A DNA stretch of 64,000 bases from Dipteris shenzhenensis (Eukaryota). The notes beneath the pieces are model-generated. The model did no database searches. It was given only the letters and a program-made list of their open reading frames with translations, and was not told the DNA's origin. Location of the stretch: NCBI GenBank assembly GCA_047967505.1, contig CM106538.1; one strand, 5' to 3'. A program made the position numbers and the translations under genes. Positions 51,501 through 61,814 of the stretch are shown one piece after another (position 1 is the first letter of the stretch; each line of letters starts with the position of its first letter).

Positions 51501-54212
51501 TCCATTAGTAAAGACGTCAACAACAACTTCATGTTCCCTACTACAATAGCACCTGATGCACTCCTTGATGATGCCATGCTTCACAACCGCCTCTTTTTCA
51601 TACTCATCGCCCTCATCAGAATAAAGAATATTGTCCTCAATTATTGTGTATGGCCTTGCGATTTCTAACATGTGCTCAAATCCATCAAACCCATCATGTG
51701 AGCTGACAAATGACAAAAAACAAAAGGTCTCAGACAAACCCTTTTGTGCACTATCCGATTCATGGATAACACCCACAAACCTTCTATGCCAAAATCGAGC
51801 CTCTATCATTGCTTCCTTGAGATTTACCATCTCTATCATTGTCATAAATGATAGCAATACATACTGTGACGGAGTGGCAACGGTCTCCATCAAGCCACAG
51901 AGCAACTTCTTGAAGGCATCCTTATCCCAACACATGCCTTTGGCAGATCCCTTTGAGGTGTCAAGCACACACAAGCTGATTGGAAGTTGTCCCTTGGAGT
52001 GACGTGTTAGAAAGCTCTCCCCCTCCATCTCCATGTTCACTTGAATAATTGTCCAAGGAAAACAAGACTGAGATGTAGACTTGTTACCCTCTATTGAACT
52101 AATCACCCAATCAACATAGATTGACACGGCTTTTGGGAAATCAGGTGTGGACTTGCCAACTTGCAGCTTCTCTTTGACCCATGACTCACATGAACCCTTG
52201 AAGCTCTGATAAACAATTGAATCAATTTTGAAGTAAGTTGCAAGGGCATCCCATGTTTGATGTTGGGGCGAAGGGTGACGTGAGTTGAACTCCTTGATGA
52301 GTGCTTCTTTCAGGGCTCTATCATGCTTAATCTCCATTGCCCATTGAGACATTTCAATGGAGTCCTTGTCTTTGCTTGACTTGACAAAGACTATTTCTTT
52401 AGACTCAATCTCTGCTTGAAGTGCACGTACATCTTCGTCTTCCAATCCTAGCAGACACCTCATATATGTTATTGTGGGATTTCGACCCTCAAGATCACCC
52501 TGCTTCACCAATGTCAAAATCCTAATCCATTGTTCGTAGATGTCATCATCGTATGTGACCATGTGTGTCCTTGGTAGCAAAGTTTGTGCCCATCGATACG
52601 CTTGCAACTCTGGCAAAATTCTATATAAAAAAATCAAAATCATCTTAGACATTCCTCTAATCCAAATCCTGTAATAGAGATAATAATGACACTAGTGCAA
52701 TTCTCCCATTACCATGTCAAAAGCATGACTTGGTAACTAGAAGAATGGCACTAGTGCCATTCTCACATCAAGGAATTGACACTACTATCATTTCTTTTAC
52801 AAATCCATAAACATTCTTGAAATAAAAAATGCATACAAAACAAAGTTTATTACTCACATCCCAACTTTGTCAATCTTTATGCCCTTTGACAAGGCCTTGG
52901 GCTAGTTTCTTTGGTCGTCTGAATGCAATCCACTGTGCCCTTAGGTGTTGTAAGATATCGATATATGGTTGAGTTTTCAAAACGGTCTGTGCCTCCATGT
53001 TGGCCATTGATGATATCTTACAACTTGCTTCAACTGGTGCATTGACAACAATTCTCGCCTTCCTCCATGTATAGAAACCTTTTCATTGATTGAAGGCTTC
53101 TCCATGTGCTTTAGTTATAAATATCCTTGCAGCATAAATCGAATGCTGCCCTGCGAGAATCCAATAATTATACTCCTTTAACTTTTCCACCTTTATCTCT
53201 TCCTTGGACATCGGAGTATTTGTGCCTATGTGGTAAGGCATAAGATATGCACATGTTGCAGGAGGTCATGCATTCATTGCAAAACTCTTGACCAAGTCAC
53301 TGACATAGCTAAGGGTCAATGTCCTGTACACATATTGGCTTGGTGCTCTAAAGCAATTCATCACTGGGATCAACACCTCAAACTCCAAACCAAATGGGAA
53401 GTACTCTATGTACTCCATCAAGCCTGTCATACTTGTGTCCTTCCTTTCCAATTTCTTTTGTAGTGCCTTAAAGTCAACATCTGGCTGGATTTTCTTATAT
53501 TGGATGATTTCTCACCATGTCCTGTTATATGTGTCTCACCACTCCCCATTGCATCACCTCCACTTCTAGTTCCATTAGTGACTATTCCCGTACCTCCCTG
53601 TTTTCCTCCTAAAGTTGTCTCTTTGTCTTTAGCCTCTAGTTTATCCCCAATGCTTGTTTTTCCATCTGACCTTATTTCCTTCTCACCTGTTGTTTCCTCC
53701 TCACTGGTCTCTCTAGCCTTCTCTTTCAATGTGTGAGCAATGTGTTCTGAGACACTTGAGAGCTTGATCCCTCCATCACTTTTCTTGGTTCTTTTCGAAA
53801 CTTTTCTACTCTTTTTTATATCTTGCTTTATCCCTTTTGTTACCAAATCAAAGCTTTCTAATATTTGTTGATTGGTATAATTTTCTTGCTCATTAATCCA
53901 ACCCCTAGATATCATCGTGTCCTCCCCAGTAGCATTCATCCTCGCATGATCAAAACAAGCAGGATCCAATTGATACACATTGCCTCCCAATGTATGAATT
54001 TTGAGAAAAGGAACGTTGTCTTTCTCGGTATCCTCCATCTCTTTAACTTTTCCAACATCTTCAAAAGTTGCTCCTTGGATGTTCACAAAACAATGCACTT
54101 TATGGAGTTTTTGGAGTTCGTTATTGTATATATCCAAAAACCATCCTCTTCTAGAACTAACTCCATCATAAACTGACACCTCTCGAACCTTTCTCTTTCC
54201 CTTGCTAGCCAT
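48538..54212 (-). pseudogene. Multi-exon multidomain gene: ParB/Srx-like + degenerate N4/N6 DNA methyltransferase-like + NIF/FCP1 (HAD) phosphatase-like + SET domain, ~1,500 codons, lightly disrupted
   Basis: Exons 54212-52858, 52620-51218, 50408-49147, 49061-48538. YRTL..V.DLVKSF..YWILAGQHSIYAAR..ARIVV..ISSMAN; SLCVLDTSK..KHGIIKECIRCYCSREHEVVVDVFTNGCVALQALSSKRKVISL; IILDLNGLL..RPGCIEFL..VGIWST..TILVDDSPYK; GVF..ILHYGG..GNVAGFINS..PNV..IHAGEKLFADY. Junctions 2-3 and 3-4 are phase-compatible; three in-frame TGA stops and at least two frameshifts. Confidence 0.75.
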
Positions 54213-54619
54213 TCTTGCAATGTTCTGTTAACAAAAGAAGCAAGGACACAATGAAATGTATAATAGAAAATCATAAACTTAGTAGGAAATATTACAACCA
54301 CAATGCAACTTCTATTAACAAAATAACCAAGGTGAAGCAACTTATATATGCATTATGAAAAACTACACCAACACAGTAAGCAAATATACACAATATCAAA
54401 GTTAAGATGGTTATAATAAAGAATGGTATTCGTGCCATTCTCCAACATAATATGATGTTAGAAGAGTGTCACAAATGCCATTGAACACATGGATTGTGAG
54501 TTTGTTCAGAATGGCACAAGTGCCATCCTCCGTGAGAGTTTAAGGATAATGCCACTGGTGCCATCCTCCATGATGTTAAGGAGAACGGCAGAAGTTCGAT
54601 TCATCACATGGAACCACTA

Positions 54620-57600
54620 CCATTCTCCACTTGTGGCATTCTACACAGAGATTGACACAATTCCATATGATCTCTACGCAGTGCAGACAGTGATCACTAC
54701 ATAGAAGAATGCACATTTGAGTTTAAGATTCCTTATGCATGTTTTCAGGTCATGGCATGAGATTGGCACCACTGCCATTCTCCACTGGTGGCATTCTCCA
54801 CATAGATTGACACAATTCCATATGATCTCTACACCGCGGAGATAGTGAACACTACATAGAAGAATGCACATGTGAGTTTAGCATTCCTTGTGAATGTTTT
54901 CAGGTCATGGTATGAGATTGGCACCACTACCATTCTCCACTGGTGGTATTCTCCATAGAGATTGACATAGGCTTCTCAATGCCATTTCTTAGGGCCTAAT
55001 AAGAGATTGGCACCACTGCCATTCTCCACTTGTATAGATGTTTACCCTACTATTCTAGGAGGGGTATTCCAGTGATCATAGGAGAGTGGTGTCCGATTCC
55101 AATCCACATGTGAGTTTGATGATCTCAGTGTCATTATGTAGTTGCCAGCATGAGATTGGCATCACTGCCATTCTCTGCTAGTGGTAGTCTAGACAAACTG
55201 AACCTATAGATTGACATTCCACTAATTTTATTGGCTGCAGTAGGATAATGGCAAAAGTGCCAATGCACATGTGAGTTTAGGATTCCTTATGCATGTTTTT
55301 AGGTCATGGTATGAGATTGGCACCACTGCCATTCTCCACTGGTGGCATTCTCCACAGAGATTGACACAATTCCATATGATCTCTACACAGCGGAGACAGT
55401 GATGACTACATAGAAGAATGCACATGTGAGTTTAGGCTTCTCAATGCCATTTCTTAGGGCCTAATAAGAGATTGGCACCACTGCCATTCTCCACTTGTAC
55501 AAATGTTTACCCTACTATTCTAGGAGGGGTATTCCAGTGATGATAGGAGAGTGGTGTCTGATTCCATGTCTGATTCCAATCCACATGTGAGTCTGATGAT
55601 CTCAGTGTCATTATGTAGGTGCCACCATGAGTTTGGCATCACTGCCATTGTCCACTAGTGGTAGTCTAGACAAACTAAACCTATAGATTGACATTCCAAG
55701 GCCTAATAAGAGATTGACACAATTCCATATGATCTCTACATAGCGGAGACAGTGATCACTACATAGAAGGATGCACATGTGAGTTTAGGCTTCTCAATGC
55801 CATTTCTTAGGGCCAGCATGAGTTTGGCATCACTGCATTCTCCGCTAGTGGTAATCTAGACAAACTAAACCTATAGATTGACATTCCACTAATTTTATTG
55901 GCCGGAGTAGGATAATGGCAAAAGTGCCAATGCACATGTGAGTTTAGGATTCCTTGTGCATGTTTTCAGGTCATGGTATGAGATTGGCACCACTGCCATT
56001 CTCCACTGGTGGCATTCTCCATAGAGATTGACACAATTCTATATGATCTCTACACAACGGAGACAGGGATCACTACATAGAAGAATGGCAATGCACATGT
56101 GAGCACATTACCACTAGCGGAGAATGGCAGTAGGATAATGGCAAAAGTGCCAATGCACATGTTAGTTTAGGATTCCTTGTGCCAATGCACATGTGAGTTT
56201 AGGCTTCCCAATGCCATTTCTTAGGGCCTAATAAGAGATTGGCACCACTGCCATTCTCCACTTGTACAAATGTTTACCCTACTATTCTAAGTTTAGGCTT
56301 CACAATGCCATTTTCTAGGGCCTAATAAGAGATTGGCACCACTACCATTCTATGCTTGTACAAATGTTTACCCTAATATTCTGAGAGGGGTATTCCAAGG
56401 ATCATAGGATAATGGTGCCCGATTCCAATCCACATGTGAGTTTGAGGATCTCAATGTCATTATGTAGTTGCCTACATGAGATTGGCATCACTTCAATTCT
56501 CCACTGGTGGCAGTCTAGATAAACTAAACTTGTATATTGACATTCGACAAATTTTATTGGCTATAGTAGTATAATTGCAAAAGTGCCAATGCACATGTGA
56601 GTTTAGGATTCCTTATGCCATTTTTAAGGTCTAGGTATGCTACCATTCTCCACTGGTGGCATTCTCCACAGAGATTGACACAATTCCATATGATATCTAC
56701 ATAGCGGAGACAGTGATCACTACATAGAAGAATGCACATGTGAGTTTGATGGTCTCAGTGTCATTATGTATTTGCCAGCATGAGATTGGCATCACTGCCA
56801 TTCTCCACTAGTCGTAATCTAAACAAACTAAACCTGTAGGTTGACATTCCACTATATTTATTGGCTGTAGTAGGATTATGGCAAAAGTTTCAATGCACAT
56901 GTGAGTTTGATGATCTCATTGTCATTATGTAGCTGCCAGCATGAGATTGGCATCACTTCCATTCTCCACTAGTGGTAGTGCCAATGCACATGTGAGTTTA
57001 GGATTCCTTGTGCATGTTTTCAGGTTATGGTATGAGATTGGCACCACAGCCATTCTCCACTGATGGCATTCTCCATAGAGATTGACACAAATCCATATGA
57101 TCTCTACACAGCGGAGATAGTGATGACTACATAGAAGAATGCACATGTGAGTTTAGGCTTCTCAATGCCATTTATTAGGGCCTAATAAGAGATTGGCACC
57201 ACTGCCATTCTCCACTTGTACAAATGTTTACCCTAGTATTCTAGGAGGGGTATTCCAGTGATCATAGGAGAGTGGTGTCCGATTCCAATCCACATGTGAG
57301 TTTGATGATCTCAGAGATTGACACAATTCCATATGATCTCTACATAGCGGAGACAGTGATCACTACATAGAAGAATGCACATGTGAGTTTAGGATTCCTT
57401 GTGCATGTTTTCAGGTCATGGTATGAGATTAGCACCACTGCCATTCTCCACTGGTGGCATTCTCCATAGATATTGACACAATTCCATATGATATCTACAT
57501 AGCGGAGATAGTGATCACTACATAGAAGAATGCACATGTGAGTTTAGGCTTCTCAATGCCATTTCTTAGGGCCTAATAAGAGATTGGCACCACTACCATT

Positions 57601-58904
57601 CTCCACTTGTACAAATGTTTACCCTAGTATTCTAGGAGGGGTATTCCAGTGATCATAGGAGAGTGGTGTCCTATTCCATTCCACATGTGAGTCTGATGAT
57701 CTCAGAGATTGACACAATTACATATGATCTCTACACAACGGAGACAGTGATCACTACATAGAAGAATGCACATGTGAGTTTAGGATTCCTTTATATGTTT
57801 TCAGGTCATGGTATGAGATTGGCACCACTGCCATTCTCCACTGGTGGAATTCTCCACAGAGATTGACACAATTCCATATGATCTCTGCACATGTGAGTTT
57901 AGGCTTCTCAATGCCATTTCTTAGGGCCTAATAAGAGATTGGCACCACTGCCATTCTCCACTTGTACAAATGTTTAGCCTACTATTCTAGGAGGGGTACC
58001 CCTGATCATAGGAGAGTGGTGTCCTATTCCATTCCACATGTGAGTTTGATGATCTCAGTGTCATTATGTAGTTGCAAGCATGAGATTGGCACCACTGCCA
58101 TTCTCCGCTAGTAGTAGTCTAGACAAACCGAACCTATAGATTGACATTCCACTAATTTTATTGGCTGCAGTAGGATAATGGCAAAAGTGCCAATGCACAT
58201 GTGAGTTTAGGACTCCTTGTGCATGTTTTCAGGTCATGGTATGAGATTGGCACCACTGCCATTCTCCACTGGTGGCATTCTCCACAGAGATTGACACAAA
58301 TCCATACGATCTCTACACAGCGGAGACAGTGATGACTACATAGAAGGATGCACATGTGAGTTTAGGCTTCTCAATGCCATTTCTTAGGCCCTAATAAGAG
58401 ATTGGCACCACTTCCATTCTCCACTTGTACAAATGTTTACCCTACTATTCTAGGAGGGGTATTCTAATCATCATAGGAGAGTGGTGTCCGATTCCAATCC
58501 ACATGTGAGTCTGATGATCTCAGCGTCATTATGTAGGTGCCACCATGAGTTTGGCATCACTGCCATTTTCCACTAGTGGTTGTCTAGACAAACTAAACCT
58601 ATAGATTGACATTCCACTACATAGAAGAATGCACATTACCACTAGCGGAGAATGGAAGTAGGATAATGGCAAAAGTGCCAATGCACATGTGAGATTGGCA
58701 CCACTGCCATTCTCCACTGGTGGCATTCTCCATAGAGATTGACACAATTCCATGTGATCTCTGCACATGTGAGTTTAGCCTTCTCAATGCCATTTCTTAG
58801 GGCCTAATAAGAGATTGGCACCACTGCCATTCTCCACTTGTAGAAATGTTTACCCTACTATTCTAGGAGGGGTATTCCAGTGATCATAGGAGAGTGGTGT
58901 CCTA
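54620..58904. repeat. Modular tandem array of ~150-160-bp units (3 unit types, ~465-bp higher-order repeat)
   Basis: About 25 copies of GAGATTGGCA(C/T)CACTGCCATTCTCCAC, e.g. at 55003, 55152, 55313, 55468 (spacings 149/161/155) and 57935, 58082, 58243, 58398; second shared node CACATGTGAGTTT. Confidence 0.95.
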
Positions 58905-59169
58905 TGTGAAGATTGTTGAGAGTTCACGCTCAACATCATGTGATCATGTGTGCATAGCACCATCACGTGATCATATGTGCATAGCACTAACCTTATAGAG
59001 TGCTATAAAGGAAAGGGTTAGATCCCCTAACCCTAACCCTAAAAGGGTTTGTATATATTCTATTTTTTCAACTAATTCTAGTGTACAGTTAGTCATTTGT
59101 GGTGTGCTCTCTAGCTGTGCCCTCTCTCCTCATCTCCACTCTTCTCCTCTCCCTCTTCATATTTTGTCA

Positions 59170-59181
59170 TGGTATCAGAGC
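59170..59181 (+). promoter_or_regulatory. Primer-binding site complementary to initiator tRNA-Met 3' end
   Basis: TGGTATCAGAGC immediately after LTR-terminal CA. Confidence 0.95.
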
Positions 59182-60579
59182 TTCCTTGTCTTCCGCTGAG
59201 ACATTGTGATTCTTGAGAGTGATTGAGAGTTTGAGAGATTGAGAGAGATTGAGTGTTTCATTCTCTTCCGTTGAGAGAATTTCCGTCCATTGAAAGAAAT
59301 TTCTATCATTGCTCTTGAGAGAATTCTGATTGAGAGCTTATGTTTTTCATTATTGAGAGAAGAGTGAGAGAGCTTACAAAGCTCGGATATAGGGAGAGTT
59401 CATTTGAGAGAAAAGAGAGTTTCCAGAGACTATTGAGAGTCTTGTGAGAGCTCTTCGTGAGAGAGATATGCTTATGACAGAGAGTCTGAGTTAGCCAAGG
59501 CCTCGACTTACTTCTATGTCCAGCGCTGCTACTGATTGCTGCCAATTGCTTGACCTTCACGAGCATCGACCTACGCTACTCCTTCCTAGGTCCCAACGCC
59601 CACGGCAACAACAGCAAATGAAGCTCCAACAATACTCAAGCTGCCGCTCAAGGGTCTTCATTCGAGTTGAGAAACTTGCCGCGTTGAGAAGCTCCAAGGC
59701 ATCTCCTTCGTGAAATGATTATCGTTGCCAGAGCTTTCCTGACCGGAGAACAAATTCTTGTCCACTGTGATTGTGGCCGAAAGGGAGACAAAACGTTGCT
59801 CACCCCAACTTTGATAGGATTCCTGGGGCGTGCAGGATCCATTCGCTCCTTGAGCAGCACGGGGCGATTTCTCCCAGCTCCCGTTTACTTTTCTAGCAGG
59901 AAGATGCTTCGAAGAAGATTTTCTTTGATCGGTCAGCTGCTGCTCTGGGTGGGGATTATGCTCAAAGCCGTAGGTCTTTGACGAAGATATTCCTATGACA
60001 TTACAATCCGATCTTCAGCCACTGAGCGTGAAGCTGAAATGCCGTCCTGTACAGCAGCGCCTTGAGCTGCATTTCCATGGGCAGACCCAGACCCATTCCG
60101 AGCGACCAAAGCAGGTCCAATCCCAAGCCTGAGCTCAGTATCCTGAAGGTCCAGATCGAACGATTTTGCATAGTCATGAGGAGCAGCGATGATATTCTTG
60201 TCCCGTGGTACAGAGATTCTTGGTTTCTCTTTCAGCACCGTCCACGCTATTACTCGGTCGTAGTAGTGCTCCAGTCTTCGAACAATCGCGGCTCCTGAGG
60301 CGCAGCCCAAGCTCCTTCCATGCCCGCGACCTGCAACGGCAAGCCTTATTGAAGCGTAGCCACAAAGCACGCTTCCTCTTTGACAAGGTCGCCTCCATCG
60401 ACTCTCTTCTCTGAGAGAGAAACTGCCACGTGGCAGATAAGGCCACGTGGCACTCTTCAAACCACACCCACCTTGGGTCAAGGTAATTTGGGTAGCGTTA
60501 CTCTGGTTAGAAGTGGATAGGGTTGGTTACATTAACCAAGGTCTAGTTAACCTAGGATAAGGTTGTCTCACCTATTGAC

Positions 60580-61035
60580 ACGTGGCACGCTCAACGACTG
60601 CCACATCATCAACTCTCAATCCCATCAGTGCCATGTCATCAGCCTATCCACACTGCCACGTCAGCATTGACATGTCAGCAATCCACATCATCACCGACTG
60701 CCACGTCATCATCGACTGCCACATCACTTGTGCCATGTCATCAGTGCCACATCATCAGGCCATGTCATCAGTGCCATGTCACCAGGACACGTCATCAGTG
60801 CCAGGTTAGCATTGCCACATCACCTTGCTGACATCATCTGTGCCACCTCAGCACTGCCACCTCAACAGTCCAGTCAGCACTGACCCTCTACAGGCACAGT
60901 CCCTTGCCAGGCACACTGTGCACACACTACATGTGCACACTCCTGCCACCTCAGCACAGAGCTTCACTGGCACACCTCTTGCTAAGCACAGTGCCACATC
61001 ATCACTACATGTGACTCACAGTGACACATCATCAT
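60580..61035 (+). repeat. TGCCACATCA/TGCCACGTCA/TGCCATGTCA minisatellite-like cluster in copia leader
   Basis: Roughly 20 degenerate copies; two GCCACGTGGC palindromes just upstream (60425-60451). Confidence 0.85.
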
Positions 61036-61814
61036 TGAGCACCATTTGCACTCCTTTTGCCCCTCCACCTAGATCAAGTCATATCTCTTGATCCAGGAAG
61101 AATTTGAGGGTGCTCCAAAAAGGAAAGTCGCTCGTTTTTTTGTGCTCTACGCGCTCGTTACATCAACGCACATTTCGGCACAAGTTACACTCACATTTGT
61201 GCCTCGCCGACAAAACCACTTCCTTCACGCACATTTGCCTCTACATCGACGCATCTGACCCAGCACTTAAAAAGAACAAAAGAAAAGGAATTATTTGTTG
61301 CTCTTTCATCGATCGACGGTTGGTTTAGATCTAGATCAGAGTAGACTAGATTGCCATAGAGGGGACGCTTTGAATTCCCCAAGTTGCCAATCTAAGCCAT
61401 GCCCAAAATTCCTGACTAGTTTCTACTCGGAGTCAGTCCATACGCTCACATCCGATTTCACATCATTACATTACCTAAAACCTTACGTTCATCAGTTCAG
61501 TGAGCAGACTTCAGAGTACAGAGGCATTGCAGATTGATTCAGTGGGCAGATAGCACTTGATTTCACACACACATGCCACCATTCTAAAGCCTATTTGGCT
61601 ATCTCATGGCATTGTGCACATCATTTTTCAGCCTTGTAAAGCCTCTTGGCTATTCTCGGCATCATTGCCACAAGCCTTGTAACACAGATTAGATCTTATA
61701 TACTGCAGTTCTATCTTCACCGACGGTACAGAGATTTCACTTGGCATCTTCAGTGTATTTGCAGTTGATTCATATAGAGTTTTTCAGGACACTTTTGAGT
61801 ACATTGTTTGCACC

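Noticed and set aside
48538-54212. Endogenous giant virus or bacterial contamination as the source of the ParB/MTase/SET gene
   Set aside because: Spliceosomal introns, methylation-type decay and nested plant TEs; no capsid, polymerase or other viral core gene visible in the window (ancient horizontal origin of domains not excluded).
54674-58768. Repeated 61-79 aa Cys-rich ORFs (MCILLCS...)
   Set aside because: Translations of the tandem array with GTG starts and variable ends; no independent coding evidence.
54620-58904. CRISPR-like array (palindromic repeat with intervening sequence)
   Set aside because: Intervening segments are ~125 bp and fall into three recurring types rather than unique spacers; no cas genes; eukaryotic context.
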